Part shown: positions 23,501-35,482 of the stretch, piece by piece
Layout of the letters: every line of letters starts with the position of its first letter
Numbering within the stretch: position 1 is the first letter of the stretch
Origin: Oceanospirillaceae bacterium
Lineage (GTDB): Bacteria > Pseudomonadota > Gammaproteobacteria > Pseudomonadales > Balneatricaceae
Reading direction: 5' to 3'
DNA length: 47,058 nt
Assembly (NCBI GenBank): GCA_038137135.1
Contig: JAYQBD010000001.1
Location: forward strand, 1,932 to 48,989
Program-made: the position numbers and the translations under genes
Notes under the pieces: model-generated
Database searches by the model: none
What the model saw: only the letters and a program-made list of their open reading frames with translations
What the model was told of the DNA's origin: nothing

Positions 23501-24324
23501 AATCGCCCTCGCAGGAAGCTCAGTCCAAACTGATTCACACTGCCCCAGACCTCTGCACCAGCGCTCAGCTCTGACAATGGCAATTCAGCGTCTGCCACTT
23601 TCAGCAGCTCAGGGCCTAAATCGTCGAGTTTTAGATAGAAGGGTAGCTCTAGTGTAGAGGCGTGCTGAATGTCGCCGTCTAGCTGGGCGGCAAACTCCAG
23701 TCGAGTATCTACGCCCAACAGCGGCACACTGAAGTCGCCACTGAGTTGATGCCGCGTTGATGAATTCTCAAACAGCACCTGGCCTAGATTGATGCGTTGA
23801 GACTCTCCTATTTGAGGTACCAGCTCAATTTGCGACTCATGCAAACGGAATTCCGGCTGCGCCAGCACGATACTGAGACTGGCCTCCAGCGCACCAAGAT
23901 CGACGGGACTAGCACTACTGCCCTCACCGGGGAGATGTAACCATCGACCATCGCGCTGGTACCAACGCACAAAAAGACCGCTGGCATCCACTCGCTGAAA
24001 GATTGGCGCACGAGCGACTATTGAATCCCACCAGTTCAGCTCGAGCAGAAGCCGGTCAAATTTGAAACGAACATCCGGCCCTTGATCGGCCATGGCGGCG
24101 GCTTCGATACCGCGCAGTTCGAACTGCGGGAAAGGTCCATTCCAACGGGTCTCTAACTGTTCAATAGAGACAGGAACGCCGAAGGTTTGAGAGAGTCTGT
24201 TAGCTAAGGATTCACGATATTCACCGAGCAGCGGAAAACCAAAGCGCACCGCTGTGAGCACCAGAGCCAGGATCATCCCGAACACAAGTGCTAGCCAGCC
24301 CGCCCAAAGGGTGTGACGAATCAC
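20524..24324 (-). CDS. yhdP: AsmA-like phospholipid bridge protein YhdP
   Basis: 1266 aa, N-terminal TM segment, beta-rich, C-terminal LRLFGILNF...RRLQLDFTDLF and Y.L.G.W..P; lies downstream of rng. Confidence 0.9.
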   Translation of the reverse strand: MIRHTLWAGWLALVFGMILALVLTAVRFGFPLLGEYRESLANRLSQTFGVPVSIEQLETRWNGPFPQFELRGIEAAAMADQGPDVRFKFDRLLLELNWWDSIVARAPIFQRVDASGLFVRWYQRDGRWLHLPGEGSSASPVDLGALEASLSIVLAQPEFRLHESQIELVPQIGESQRINLGQVLFENSSTRHQLSGDFSVPLLGVDTRLEFAAQLDGDIQHASTLELPFYLKLDDLGPELLKVADAELPLSELSAGAEVWGSVNQFGLSFLRGRLGVDQARVELKENTLNLVDSSTEFSLRPYSEGYQLLLRDTHIGDALGQLDFGPSQFELHRVAGELQLSRILLRSLDLELLDELLVRYPLPEKIKLMLVDLAPKGEVNNIRLDLSDQERGPFLRANLVGVDIASWRRAPSVKNLTAQLELDAQSGRLDIDSREIELSFPTVYSQAQSYELAQGRLNWRIRDEAVELSSGPLQLVHEQFAADGAFSINLPFDPEQQSFLKLMIGLQGAKAEAAALLTPDVLPGTEKVQEWVARATQAGQVDEAGLIVYAPTRAIEGRPAPSVELYVAARDVNLDYQAPWPELLKANSFTHMRQGEVRVDLSQAQILNSEAGPSVLIKPQGKNELFIWGQVEGDLVQVDQLLRSDPLAATAGKSLDDWQLAGAHRSLVKLGIALDRSYAPRVRVQAGVNEGIFASEKQRLALTDIEGTLVFDTRSGLSARGVDSRFLGRAAKVDISSSAEQGTEVQFSGRWGVEPLLEWGRIPLKSFISGEIPLSGRLKLCRVDQCRSSLVLESNMAGTQVNGPEAFALEPDQTSRLSVELALGSPLLLAVNYADRLRASMQLGEVLKAHFRLGGGAARIPQTAGFKVDGQLDELELGELFSFIATLNSTFNKGGNGSLPLDLDLGVGALTAGPLVLDQVEAQLSQLGSEMQVLLSGPKVEGLVSWSREQPAYRIALNRMHLRVPKTESTQVREGADVDPERTSQTLFDAVPALDFDVADLRWNEAALGRWRGSMRRIGQSVALSSLRGEMQDLELNGNASWILADTELTQVNLGYQGKDLGNTLVSLDEARLIETESLSGRIALAWEAAPWQFAGRYMYGNLKFSTGKGRLLEASGGTGLLRLFGILNFNNLVRRLQLDFTDLFAKGVVFDGISGDFLIQDGIASSVKPMEMKGPSAGMLANGDIDLGSKRLNMQVNVTLPLVSNTPLAAVLLGAPQVAGALFLIDKLIGDKIEKATSIAYKLSGGWDSPELNLLNSADKKANQ

Positions 24325-24366
24325 GCGCGGTTACTCCGACTGAACGGTGCGCGGTATGCCGTCATA

Positions 24367-25836
24367 CTAGCGCAGCACGACATCAAACTGCTCAGGGTTG
24401 TAGATCGAGTCGCTTTGAAAACGTACCGTTTTTCCAATAAAACTCTCCAGTTCAGCAACGTGATCCGATGCATCTTCCAGCAGGTACTCAACTACTGGAG
24501 GCGCCGCAATCACCAAATAGGAGTCACTCTCATAGGCGCGATGTTGACGCAGAATTTCGCGGAACACCTCGTAAGTAACCGTCTCCGCGGTACGTATCAT
24601 CCCGCGGCCCTGACACTGACTACAGGTTTCACAGAGAACGTGCTCCAAACTCTCGCGCGTACGCTTACGCGTCATCTCAACCAAGCCAAGCTCAGACACG
24701 CCAGTTAGCTTACATTTAGCGTGATCACGTTCCAAAACACGCTCGAGCGTGCGTAGTACCTGACGCTGATGCTCAGGATCCTCCATATCGATAAAGTCGA
24801 TAATGATAATCCCACCAAGGTTACGCAGGCGCAGTTGTCGGCCTATCGCTGTTGCGGCTTCGAGGTTTGTCTTAAAAATAGTCTCTTCGAGATTGCGGTG
24901 CCCAACGAAGGCACCCGTATTGATATCAACGGTGGTCATCGCCTCGGTCTGGTCGAAGATCAGATAACCACCCGATTTGAGTTCAATCTTGCGACCCAGC
25001 GCACGCTGCATCTCCTCCTCAACGTTGAACATGTCGAAGATGGGGCGCTCGCCCGGGTAGTACTCCAGTTTGCTTTCAATTTCGGGCACCAGCGTGTTCG
25101 CAAAGCTCAGTGCCTTTTGATAAGTCTCACGTGAATCGATACGAATACGCTCAATGCCCGAGTGAGTCATATCGCGCAGGGCCCGCATGTTGAGCGGTAG
25201 ATCTTCATAGACATTAGCCGGTGCTTTGGACTCTTTAATACGCGCCTGAACCTTATTCCATAGGCGGTGCAGAAAGGCGATATCGGCTTTTAGTTCAACC
25301 TCAGTCGCGCCCTCGGCAACCGTCCGCAGGATGTAACCATAGCCATCGATGCGCTCCTCCCGCTCTAAAAGAGTCTGCATCAACGCCTTCAGGCGTTCAC
25401 GCTCCTCCTGGTCCTCAATGCGTTGCGAGATGCCGATATGCTCAGCGCCCGGCATGAGCACCAAATAGCGTGAAGGTAGAGAGAGATTGGTGGTTAGCCG
25501 CGCCCCTTTACTACCGATCGGATCTTTGGTCACCTGCACCAGCAGCGACTGCCCCTCCCTCAGAAGCTGAGAGATAGAGATGTTGGCCCGCTCCTCAGCG
25601 GGAATATCCGGTGCTGACACCTCGTCAGCATGGATGAACGCTGCGCGCTCTAAGCCGATATCAACAAAGGCAGCCTGCATACCCGGCAGTACACGCACCA
25701 CGCGGCCGTTATAGATATTACCGAGGATCCCACGGCGCTTGGCGCGCTCGACATAGATCTCCTGCGGCATACCATTTTCGATCACCGCCACCCGTGTCTC
25801 CATCGGGGTAAAGTTAATCAGTATCTCTTCGCCCAC
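24367..25836 (-). CDS. rng: Ribonuclease G
   Basis: RVLPGMQAAFVDIG, QTEAMTTVDINTG, GGIIIIDFIDM and CSQCQGRG. Confidence 0.97.
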   Translation of the reverse strand: MGEEILINFTPMETRVAVIENGMPQEIYVERAKRRGILGNIYNGRVVRVLPGMQAAFVDIGLERAAFIHADEVSAPDIPAEERANISISQLLREGQSLLVQVTKDPIGSKGARLTTNLSLPSRYLVLMPGAEHIGISQRIEDQEERERLKALMQTLLEREERIDGYGYILRTVAEGATEVELKADIAFLHRLWNKVQARIKESKAPANVYEDLPLNMRALRDMTHSGIERIRIDSRETYQKALSFANTLVPEIESKLEYYPGERPIFDMFNVEEEMQRALGRKIELKSGGYLIFDQTEAMTTVDINTGAFVGHRNLEETIFKTNLEAATAIGRQLRLRNLGGIIIIDFIDMEDPEHQRQVLRTLERVLERDHAKCKLTGVSELGLVEMTRKRTRESLEHVLCETCSQCQGRGMIRTAETVTYEVFREILRQHRAYESDSYLVIAAPPVVEYLLEDASDHVAELESFIGKTVRFQSDSIYNPEQFDVVLR

Positions 25837-25847
25837 AACCAGGCTCC

Positions 25848-26447
25848 TTAATCTTGCTTCAGCGGCTGCCAGATCGGCACACCCGCTGTTCGTAACAGTT
25901 CAGAGGTCTCAGCCAGTGGTAATCCGACCACAGCGCTGTAACTACCTTCAATATGATCCACAAATACCGCACCTAGCCCCTGAATACCATAGGAGCCAGC
26001 TTTGTCCTGCGGCTCGCCACAGGCCCAGTACGTCTCGATTTCAGTGTCACTGAGCGTTCGAAACCAGACATCCGTGGTCACTAACTGCTCTCGCACACCA
26101 AAAGCGCCAACCAAGGCCACGGCGGTCATTACCTGATGCTTTGTACCCGATAGTTGCCGCAGCATCGACTGGGACTCGGCAAAATTAGCCGGTTTACCTA
26201 AAACTCTTCCGGCAAAAACAACACTGGTATCAGAGCCCAGACAGATTGTAGAGACTCGTCTGCTTGGCGGCTGCATGTCATAGATTTTCTGTGCCTTCTC
26301 ACGGGCCAGACGCAAGACATAATCGCCGGCGGCCTCGCCCTCAATTAGAGACTCATCAATCTCAGCTGGCTCCACCCGAGCAGCGACACCTATCTGGGCT
26401 AGCAGTTCACGACGTCGAGGAGATGCTGAGGCTAGAATCAATTCCAT
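25848..26447 (-). CDS. maf: Maf family nucleoside triphosphate pyrophosphatase (YhdE)
   Basis: LASASPRR, SDT, LGKP and DKAGSYGIQG. Confidence 0.94.
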   Translation of the reverse strand: MELILASASPRRRELLAQIGVAARVEPAEIDESLIEGEAAGDYVLRLAREKAQKIYDMQPPSRRVSTICLGSDTSVVFAGRVLGKPANFAESQSMLRQLSGTKHQVMTAVALVGAFGVREQLVTTDVWFRTLSDTEIETYWACGEPQDKAGSYGIQGLGAVFVDHIEGSYSAVVGLPLAETSELLRTAGVPIWQPLKQD

Positions 26448-26454
26448 AACGAAT

Positions 26455-26940
26455 TCAGTTTAGATCGAAAGTCCGTGCGAGACGGTCGAGAAACAGAAAA
26501 ACCAGCGGCCAAAAAATCCCGCTAAAAACAGCTGGCAATAGAAACAGCAGAGAGTCTCCGTGCGTTCCAGTCAGGCCCTGCATCCAGTAGTGCAGAAGCT
26601 GGTTAAGACCCGTTAGCAGAGCGATGATGATCCCCTGCTGTGGTAGGGGGAACATGCGCATACGCCGGTAGAGCAGCTGCGCCAGAAATGCCACCAGCGT
26701 CAGTGATAGCGCGTTAAGCCCAATAACACCACCATGCGCCAGGTCCAACAGTAGGCCGAGCACAAAAGCATAAAAAAGACCCACACGCGAAGGTGCACGC
26801 ATCACCCAGTAGACAAGGAAAAGAAGAACCCATTCTGGGCGCGCCCAGCGTAGCAGGTCTGGCAGCGGCAGCTGACTTAAAAATAGACTGATGATAAAGG
26901 TGCCAAAAATGATGAGACTGCCACCACGCGCCTCAGCCAT
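26455..26940 (-). CDS. mreD: Rod shape-determining protein MreD
   Basis: Hydrophobic, with RPEWVLL..YW and GLLLDL..G. Start set at ATG 26940, overlapping the mreC stop. Confidence 0.92.
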   Translation of the reverse strand: MAEARGGSLIIFGTFIISLFLSQLPLPDLLRWARPEWVLLFLVYWVMRAPSRVGLFYAFVLGLLLDLAHGGVIGLNALSLTLVAFLAQLLYRRMRMFPLPQQGIIIALLTGLNQLLHYWMQGLTGTHGDSLLFLLPAVFSGIFWPLVFLFLDRLARTFDLN

Positions 26941-27784
26941 CAGACGCCTCACTTAGCTGTTCGGACAACAGCGCTGGAGGGCGTTCTACCAGTAACAGGT
27001 GACGCGACTTATCGAGCCGAGCGGTCGGTACCGCTCTGATTACCAAGAATGGACGCCCCGGATCACGCGTTACCTCGGTCACTTCGGCAACAGGGTAGCC
27101 CTCCGGGAAGCGGCCACCCAGTCCGGAGGTGACTAGCGTATCGCCTACTCGGATATCGGTGGTCGCTGGCACAAAGTCGAGCTCCAGGCTGTCGGGGTTA
27201 CCGTTACCGAGAATCACTGAGCGAAAACCCGTACGCACCGACTCAACCGGCACAGCGGCACGCGAATCAGTGATCAGCATTACACGGCTGATCAGTGGAG
27301 CAACCGATATCACCTGCCCCATCACACCACCAGAGTCGAGCGCGGGCTGGCCGATGGTGATGCCATCTTGGCTACCCAGGTTAGTCAGGATCTCATGCTG
27401 AAACGGATTGGGATCAACACCAATCAACTCTGCCAGACGTACTTGCGAGTCAATTCGCGAGCGAGCATTCAGTAGCGCACGTAGACGACGATTCTCTGCA
27501 GTCAGGGCCGCGTTCTGCAGCACGCGCTGCTCCAGCTCAAGAGCCTCGGTGCGCAGGCGGTTATTCTCCGCTACTAAACTTGAGCGGCTAACCACCACGT
27601 CAGAGACATTATCAGCTAAGCGCGCTGGCATATCGACCAACCACTGCAGTGGAGTAATGATCAGATTCACATAACTGCGCCCTTCGCGGAATTTGGGTGA
27701 GTTCAGATCAAGGGCGATAAGGAAGAGTGCTGCAATAATCAGCAGCATAAAAAGAACTTTTGAGGGACCGTTACGAAAGATCAT
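26933..27784 (-). CDS. mreC: Rod shape-determining protein MreC
   Basis: TM segment, coiled coil ENRRLRALL and TSGLGGRFPEGYPV. Confidence 0.95.
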   Translation of the reverse strand: MIFRNGPSKVLFMLLIIAALFLIALDLNSPKFREGRSYVNLIITPLQWLVDMPARLADNVSDVVVSRSSLVAENNRLRTEALELEQRVLQNAALTAENRRLRALLNARSRIDSQVRLAELIGVDPNPFQHEILTNLGSQDGITIGQPALDSGGVMGQVISVAPLISRVMLITDSRAAVPVESVRTGFRSVILGNGNPDSLELDFVPATTDIRVGDTLVTSGLGGRFPEGYPVAEVTEVTRDPGRPFLVIRAVPTARLDKSRHLLLVERPPALLSEQLSEASDG

Positions 27785-27832
27785 CTCGGTAGCAGCGAGG
27801 CTGAAACACTGAGTTTCAGCCTCAACCTCTAT

Positions 27833-28933
<1,101 letters not shown>

Positions 28934-29078
28934 TCAGAGGGATTTTGGGCAAGGCTCAAATGTGATACCTTAGCGCCCCTACACAGCTAACTTAAACCGT
29001 TTGAAAGCGCGCAAATCACTGAGTTAAAAGTGATTCTGCATTTACGCTATTTAACCCGTTGAAGACGAGACAGGAACG

Positions 29079-29366
29079 ATGTCACTCGACCGATCTGACG
29101 TGGAACGTATTGCTTATTTGGCCCGCCTGGCTATCGATGAGCAGGACATCCCGCAATACACCGAAAACCTAAGCAGCATACTGCAACTCGTTGATGAGAT
29201 GCAGGCGATCGATACCACTGGAGTAGAACCTCTGGCACATCCACTTGATGGCGAACAGCGACTGCGTGCCGATGAGGTGAGCGAGATGAATCAGCGCGAA
29301 CAGCTTCAGAGCGTAGCACCAGCAACCGAGGAAGGCCTCTTCCTGGTTCCTAAAGTGATCGAGTAA
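29079..29366 (+). CDS. gatC: Asp/Glu-tRNA amidotransferase subunit C
   Basis: IAYLARL, LRADEV and FLVPKVIE. Confidence 0.95.
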   Translation: MSLDRSDVERIAYLARLAIDEQDIPQYTENLSSILQLVDEMQAIDTTGVEPLAHPLDGEQRLRADEVSEMNQREQLQSVAPATEEGLFLVPKVIE

Positions 29367-29385
29367 GCGGGCGGATTATCTATTT

Positions 29386-30837
29386 ATGCATACTAAAAGT
29401 TTGACTGAACTGGCTGCAGACCTAGCATCAGGTGCAGTTAGCAGCACTGAGTTGACCCAAGCCTACCTCGATCGCATCGCAGCGCTCGATAGCAAGTACA
29501 ACTCATTCATCACCACCACACCTGAGATCGCCCTGGCACAGGCTAAAGCGGCTGACGAAGCTCGTGCAGCGGGCCAGGCAGGCGCTTATACAGGTCTGCC
29601 AATTGCTCACAAGGACCTCTTCTGCACCGAGGGTGTGCGCACCAGTTGTGGCTCAAAGATGCTCGATAACTTCGAGTCACCTTACGATGCGACCGTCGTT
29701 GCCAAATTCAAAGCGGCCGGCGCGGTTATGCTGGGCAAAACCAATATGGATGAGTTCGCTATGGGCTCATCAAACGAATCGAGCTTCTACGGCGCCTCGC
29801 GCAATCCATGGGATACCGACCGGGTACCCGGTGGCTCATCGGGCGGTTCGGCAGCTGCTGTTGCTGCACGTCTGACGCCAGCGGCCACCGGTTCTGATAC
29901 GGGTGGTTCAATCCGTCAGCCGGCGGCACTCTGTGGAATCACTGGCATCAAACCGACCTATGGCCGCGTGTCACGCTACGGTATGGTTGCCTACGCTTCA
30001 TCGCTGGACCAGGGTGGCCCGATGGCACAGAGCGCTGAAGATTGCGCTCTGATGCTCAATGTTATGGCGGGTTTCGACAAGATGGACTCAACCTCGTCAC
30101 AGCGCGATGTTGAGGACTACAGCGCCAAACTTAATGAATCAATCAGCGGTTTGCGCATCGGTGTACCAAAAGAGTACATGAGTGACGACCTCGACCCACA
30201 GATTGCTGAGCGCGTTCAAGCGGGCATTAAAGAGCTCGAGAAGCTTGGCGCCAGCGTAAAAGAGATCAGCCTGCCGCGTACGCGCATGTCGATCCCTGCT
30301 TACTACATTATCGCGCCAGCAGAGGCTTCATCTAATCTGTCACGCTTTGATGGGGTGCGTTACGGCCACCGTTGCGAAAACCCAGAAGATCTGATGGATC
30401 TCTACACCCGCACCCGCAAAGAGGGTTTCGGTGCCGAGGTTAAACGCCGCATCATGGTAGGCACCTACGCACTCTGTGCCGGTTATTACGACGCCTACTA
30501 CAACAAGGCACAGCAGATTCGCCGCCTGATTCAGCAGGACTTCCTTGCTGCATTTAACGAGGTGGATCTGATTCTCGGCCCAACAACGCCGCATCCGGCG
30601 TTTAAGATTGGCGCGAAGAACAACGACCCAGTCTCCATGTATATGGAAGATATTTTCACCCTGTCGCTTAACCTTGCCGGTCTGCCAGGCATGTCAGTGC
30701 CTTGTGGCACTGTTGAGGGGCTGCCGGTTGGTATGCAGCTGATCGGTAACTACTTCGACGAAGCGCGTCTGCTTAACGTGGCTCATCAGTTCCAACAGGT
30801 GACTGATTGGCACAAACAGACACCAGCTGGAATTTAA
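29386..30837 (+). CDS. gatA: Asp/Glu-tRNA amidotransferase subunit A
   Basis: Amidase signature [18 protein letters not shown] and [12 protein letters not shown]. Confidence 0.97.
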   Translation: MHTKSLTELAADLASGAVSSTELTQAYLDRIAALDSKYNSFITTTPEIALAQAKAADEARAAGQAGAYTGLPIAHKDLFCTEGVRTSCGSKMLDNFESPYDATVVAKFKAAGAVMLGKTNMDEFAMGSSNESSFYGASRNPWDTDRVPGGSSGGSAAAVAARLTPAATGSDTGGSIRQPAALCGITGIKPTYGRVSRYGMVAYASSLDQGGPMAQSAEDCALMLNVMAGFDKMDSTSSQRDVEDYSAKLNESISGLRIGVPKEYMSDDLDPQIAERVQAGIKELEKLGASVKEISLPRTRMSIPAYYIIAPAEASSNLSRFDGVRYGHRCENPEDLMDLYTRTRKEGFGAEVKRRIMVGTYALCAGYYDAYYNKAQQIRRLIQQDFLAAFNEVDLILGPTTPHPAFKIGAKNNDPVSMYMEDIFTLSLNLAGLPGMSVPCGTVEGLPVGMQLIGNYFDEARLLNVAHQFQQVTDWHKQTPAGI

Positions 30838-30848
30838 GGGGTTAAGAC

Positions 30849-32300
30849 ATGGAATGGGAAACCGTAATCGGGCTTGAGATCCACGTTCAACTCTCAACCC
30901 AAACAAAGATATTCTCCGGCGCCAGCACCGCCTTTGGTGCCGAGCCAAACACCCAGGCCTGTGCTGTTGATTTGGCACTGCCGGGCACACTGCCAGTGTT
31001 CAACGAAAACGCGCAGCGTATGGCGATTATGTTCGGTCTGGCGATCAACGCAGAGATCGGTAAGCGTGCAGTATTTGAGCGTAAAAACTACTTCTACCCA
31101 GACCTACCCAAGGGCTATCAGACGACTCAGTTAGAAAAGCCTGTCGTGGGCGAGGGGTATGTCGACATCACTACTGATGAAGGCAGCCGTCGCGTGCGTA
31201 TTCACCACGCGCATCTTGAAGAGGATGCCGGTAAGTCACTGCACGAAGATTTTCACGGCATGTCAGGTATCGACCTGAACCGTGCTGGCACACCTTTGAT
31301 CGAGATTGTCTCCGAGCCAGACATGCGCACCTCAAAAGAGGCAGCTGAGTATGCGCGCAAGATCCACGCTATCGTGACTACCCTCGGTATCTGTGACGGT
31401 AACATGGCAGAAGGTTCAATGCGTTGTGACTGTAACGTCTCTATCCGCCCAAAAGGTCAGGAAGAGTACGGTACCCGCACGGAGCTAAAAAACATCAACT
31501 CGTTCCGCTTCATTGAGCGCGCGATTGATACCGAAGTAGCGCGTCAGATCGACCTGATCGAAGATGGCGGCAAAGTGGTTCAAGAGACGCGTCTTTACGA
31601 CCCTGATCGTAACGAGACGCGCTCAATGCGCTCGAAAGAGGATGCCAACGACTACCGCTACTTCCCTTGTCCGGATCTACTGCCAGTCGTTGTCGACGAC
31701 GACTACGTCGAAGCCATTCGTGCAACACTGCCCGAACTACCTGATGCGCGCCGTGAGCGCTTTATCAGTGAGTACAACCTGTCTGACTATGATGCCGGTG
31801 TGCTTTCAGCTTACCGCCCACAAGCGGACTACTATGAGGCGGTTGTCGCAGCATCCAAGGATGCCAAACTGGCAGCTAACTGGGTGATGGGCGAACTGGC
31901 GAAGAACCTCAACGCCAACGACACCGACATCAAACAGAGCCCAGTGAGTGCCGAACAGCTCGGCGGTCTGCTACAACGTATTAAGGACAACACCATCTCG
32001 GGCAACATCGCCAAAAAGGTGTTTGAACATATGTGGAGCGATGGCGGCACAGCCGATGAGATCATCGAAGCGAAGGGCCTGAAGCAGGTAACTGACACCG
32101 GCGCGATCGAGAAGGTGATTGATGAAGTGATTGCCAACTCGACGCCGCAGGTTGAGCAGTACAAAGCAGCCGAGCCTGACAAGCGCGGTAAGATGATTGG
32201 CTTCTTTATGGGTCAGGTAATGAAGGCGACCGGCGGTAAAGCTAACCCTGGTGCCGTTACCGGCTTGCTGAAGAAAAAACTTGATGCACTCTGCGACTAA
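30849..32300 (+). CDS. gatB: Asp/Glu-tRNA amidotransferase subunit B
   Basis: [24 protein letters not shown] and DYRYFP. Confidence 0.97.
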   Translation: MEWETVIGLEIHVQLSTQTKIFSGASTAFGAEPNTQACAVDLALPGTLPVFNENAQRMAIMFGLAINAEIGKRAVFERKNYFYPDLPKGYQTTQLEKPVVGEGYVDITTDEGSRRVRIHHAHLEEDAGKSLHEDFHGMSGIDLNRAGTPLIEIVSEPDMRTSKEAAEYARKIHAIVTTLGICDGNMAEGSMRCDCNVSIRPKGQEEYGTRTELKNINSFRFIERAIDTEVARQIDLIEDGGKVVQETRLYDPDRNETRSMRSKEDANDYRYFPCPDLLPVVVDDDYVEAIRATLPELPDARRERFISEYNLSDYDAGVLSAYRPQADYYEAVVAASKDAKLAANWVMGELAKNLNANDTDIKQSPVSAEQLGGLLQRIKDNTISGNIAKKVFEHMWSDGGTADEIIEAKGLKQVTDTGAIEKVIDEVIANSTPQVEQYKAAEPDKRGKMIGFFMGQVMKATGGKANPGAVTGLLKKKLDALCD

Positions 32301-32317
32301 GCTAGCTTAATCAATTT

Positions 32318-32354
32318 AAACCCCGGTTCAATCGCAGCCGGGGTTTTTATTTTT
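32318..32354 (+). terminator. Intrinsic terminator after gatB
   Basis: AAACCCCGGT...GCCGGGGTTT hairpin followed by TTATTTTT. Confidence 0.85.
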
Positions 32355-32380
32355 AATCCAATTTTACGAGAGCCGTTTGC

Positions 32381-33139
32381 GTGATCACTGATCTAAACTT
32401 CTATCTGCTGGCGATACCAGCGCTATTGATTGTCGGCATCTCAAAAGGCGGATTTGGTGGCGGAATCGGCATGGTGGCCGTACCCATGCTCAGTCTCGTC
32501 ATTTCACCGGTGGCAGCTGCAGCAATCTTGTTGCCAGTGCTATGTCTTATGGATCTGTTTGCTCTTCGTGGGTTTCGCGGGAAGTTCGATTTAAGCGTCA
32601 TCAAACCCATACTTCCCGCTGCGCTGGTTGGTGTGCTGGCGGGTGCTTTCAGCTTTCACTTGATGAGCGAGCGCGGCATCAAGTTTATGATAGCGACACT
32701 AACCCTTCTCTTTTGTGCCGATGCGTTGATTAAAGCACTGCGCAAACGGCAAACACCGGCAAAAAAACCTAACGTTGTGCGCGCGAGTATCTGGTCATCC
32801 TTGGCGGGTTTTACCAGCTTTAGCGTTCATGCCGGCGGTCCACCTCTGAATATGTACCTGCTTCCACTTCGGTTGGAAAAATCACTCTATGTATCCACGA
32901 CAGTGATTTTTTTTACCTTCATAAACTATGTGAAGCTGATCCCTTATGTCTCGTTAGGGCTCTTCGATCAGAGCATCCTGTTGACAGCACTCATCCTTGC
33001 GCCGATCGCCCCAGTCGGCATATGGCTAGGAATTTATATGCACAACCGAATTGATGAGCGCCTCTTCTACCAACTCTGTTACGCATTCCTATTTTTAACC
33101 GGTCTAAAACTGGGATACGATGCGCTGACAATGGCCTGA
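32381..33139 (+). CDS. TauE/SafE (TSUP) family permease
   Basis: About 8 TM segments; GISKGGFGGG, AAAILLP and HAGGPP motifs. Confidence 0.85.
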   Translation: MITDLNFYLLAIPALLIVGISKGGFGGGIGMVAVPMLSLVISPVAAAAILLPVLCLMDLFALRGFRGKFDLSVIKPILPAALVGVLAGAFSFHLMSERGIKFMIATLTLLFCADALIKALRKRQTPAKKPNVVRASIWSSLAGFTSFSVHAGGPPLNMYLLPLRLEKSLYVSTTVIFFTFINYVKLIPYVSLGLFDQSILLTALILAPIAPVGIWLGIYMHNRIDERLFYQLCYAFLFLTGLKLGYDALTMA

Positions 33140-33155
33140 TAACTGGAAACTGACC

Positions 33156-34529
33156 ATGCAAGAGCTACTACAGAAAATTCACGCAATCGTGGGTGACAAC
33201 GGACTGGTCGCAGATGAGCGCGTTGCTCAGCGCTCCAACGATAGCTGGGGCCAGGGCAGCTGCCCAGCGGTTGCTATCGTACGCCCAACGACGACCGAAG
33301 AGGTTTCTCAGGTGATGGCACTCTGCCATGCAGCCGGTCAAACCGTCGTTCCTCATGGCGGCCTGACAGGTTTGGCTCTGGGTGCGCAGTGTAAGCCAGG
33401 TGATCTGGTACTGAGCCTAGAGCGCATGAATCAGATAGAGCGCCTAGATACCAAAGGCGCCACCGTTACCGTTCAGGCAGGCGTAGTGATCGAAGAGCTG
33501 CAGAATCGTGCTGCTGCTGAAGATCTGCTGTTTGCAGTGGACTGGGGTGCGCGCGGCTCGGCTCAGGTCGGTGGTATGCTGGCCGCCAATGCCGGTGGCA
33601 ACAAGGTAGTGAAATACGGCATGGCCCGTGCACAGGTACTGGGCCTCGAGGTTGTACTGGCGGATGGTCGCGTAATGAGCAATATGCGCGAAACCATCAA
33701 AGATAACTCCGGCTATGACCTCAAACAGCTGTTTATCGGCTCAGAAGGTACGCTCGGCATTATCACGCGCGCAGTCTTGCGCCTCTGGCCATCAGCCCCT
33801 GCCCGTCAAACTGCACTGGTTGCCTGTAGTGATTTTGACTCAGTACTGGAGCTTCTGAACCGCCTAAAACAGACTCTCGAGGGTAAGCTCTCTGCGTTTG
33901 AAGCACTCTGGAGCTCCTTCTACAACTTCATGACGATTGAGACTGGCCGCAATAAGGAGTTCATCAAAGCTGAACACCCCTTCTATGTGCTGGTCGAATC
34001 CGAGTGTGTAGACGCCGAACGCGGTCGCGAGCAGTTCCTCGAGGTGCTCGGAGAGCTACTAGATCAAGAGGTTATCGTTGACGCCGTGATCGCTGAGACT
34101 AACCAGCAAGCCGCAGACCTCTGGGCGATGCGCGACGATATTGACGCGATGGTAGAGAACCTGAGCCCGCTGATCGCTTACGACATCTCACTGCCACTGC
34201 GCGATATGGAAGAGTACACCCGCCGCGTCAATGAGATGCTGGCCGAGAAATATGCCTCGCACACCTGCCTCACTTTCGGTCACCTTGGCGATGGCAACAT
34301 CCACTTCTGTGTGGGTCCGGTTGACGATAAACCATCCATCGACAAGCTGGTCTACAGCCTGCTGCAGGAGTACGGCGGTTCAATCTCAGCCGAGCACGGT
34401 GTTGGCCTGGGCCGCAAGAACTACCTGCACTACTGCCGCTCAGAGGTTGAAATAGAGATGATGCGCGCCATGAAACGCGCCTTTGATCCAACGGGCATTC
34501 TTAACCCCGGGAAGATTATCGACCTCTAA
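33156..34529 (+). CDS. FAD-binding oxidoreductase, VAO/PCMH family (D-2-hydroxyglutarate/D-lactate dehydrogenase-like)
   Basis: GGMLAANAGG, KDNSGYDLKQLFIGSEGTLGII, FGHLGDGNIH, SAEHGVG and DP.GILNPGK. Confidence 0.8.
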   Translation: MQELLQKIHAIVGDNGLVADERVAQRSNDSWGQGSCPAVAIVRPTTTEEVSQVMALCHAAGQTVVPHGGLTGLALGAQCKPGDLVLSLERMNQIERLDTKGATVTVQAGVVIEELQNRAAAEDLLFAVDWGARGSAQVGGMLAANAGGNKVVKYGMARAQVLGLEVVLADGRVMSNMRETIKDNSGYDLKQLFIGSEGTLGIITRAVLRLWPSAPARQTALVACSDFDSVLELLNRLKQTLEGKLSAFEALWSSFYNFMTIETGRNKEFIKAEHPFYVLVESECVDAERGREQFLEVLGELLDQEVIVDAVIAETNQQAADLWAMRDDIDAMVENLSPLIAYDISLPLRDMEEYTRRVNEMLAEKYASHTCLTFGHLGDGNIHFCVGPVDDKPSIDKLVYSLLQEYGGSISAEHGVGLGRKNYLHYCRSEVEIEMMRAMKRAFDPTGILNPGKIIDL

Positions 34530-35426
34530 TCAGCGCGCCTGCTTGGCCTGCCTGAGCGCTTGCGCATAGGCATAGAGGGACTTTGCTCGGGTTGTCAGTA
34601 CTGCGATGAAGATCAGCAGACAACCCAGCAACTGCATCGGCTCCATCCGTTCGCCGTACCAAATCGCAGCGAAGATCGCGACCCAAACAGGCTCCAGCGT
34701 TAGCACTAGGGCTCCGTGTCCTGCCGGTGCTAATTTGAAGCTGTAGGTCTGGATCAGGAAACGAGCAGCCGAACCCAGAAGCGCGCTCGCTGCAAACCAG
34801 CCCCAAATACCGGACATATTGACGAGCTCCCAGTTCTCAAAAAACCAAGAGATAGGAATTAGCAGCAGCCCAACCGTCACCAACTGGATAGCTGTTAACG
34901 CAATTACAGATGTCTTTACCGCGGCACGCGCACTCAGATTGATAAAGATGGCAAAAAAGAGCGCAGAGGCAAGATAGCTCCACTCACCGATGCCGAACAC
35001 AAAGTGAGAGTCGAGCGATAGGGCCGCCAATCCCGCACAGGCTATCGGCAAAGCAAGCCAGAGCGCGCGACCGGCCCGCTCGCCAAAAAAGATCGCAATA
35101 AGAGGTGCTAAGAGCGCTCCCATACTGGTAAGGAATCCGCCGACCCCCATATGGGTTCCCAGATGCAGTCCAAACACCCAGAAGGTAATCCCAACGGCAA
35201 AAACAGCTCCAACCAAAAAAACTCGACCGGTATCCCGAGCATGAAATCGACGTAGATCACCGATAGAGAAAGCCGCTAGCAGGAGCCCAGCAGTAAAAAA
35301 CCTCAGCCCCATAAAGAGCATGGGCGGCAGCCCTACTAAGACCTCTTTCGAAAAGATCCAACTCGAAGCGGCCAGCAAGGTAACAAGTATGAGCAGCAAA
35401 TCAGCTTTGAAAGGGTGGGTGCGCAC
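34530..35426 (-). CDS. DMT/EamA family transporter
   Basis: About 10 TM segments in two EamA-like halves; LRFF and LEPVW motifs. Confidence 0.85.
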   Translation of the reverse strand: MRTHPFKADLLLILVTLLAASSWIFSKEVLVGLPPMLFMGLRFFTAGLLLAAFSIGDLRRFHARDTGRVFLVGAVFAVGITFWVFGLHLGTHMGVGGFLTSMGALLAPLIAIFFGERAGRALWLALPIACAGLAALSLDSHFVFGIGEWSYLASALFFAIFINLSARAAVKTSVIALTAIQLVTVGLLLIPISWFFENWELVNMSGIWGWFAASALLGSAARFLIQTYSFKLAPAGHGALVLTLEPVWVAIFAAIWYGERMEPMQLLGCLLIFIAVLTTRAKSLYAYAQALRQAKQAR

Positions 35427-35482
35427 GCGGGGAACTCAGAGTGGAAAAGGCCTATGTTAACGTTTTTCGATATACTTCGCTC

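Noticed and set aside
29014-29035. AATCACT-N8-AGTGATT inverted repeat in the gatC leader
   Set aside because: AT-rich 7-bp arms with no T-box or other known motif; weak evidence.
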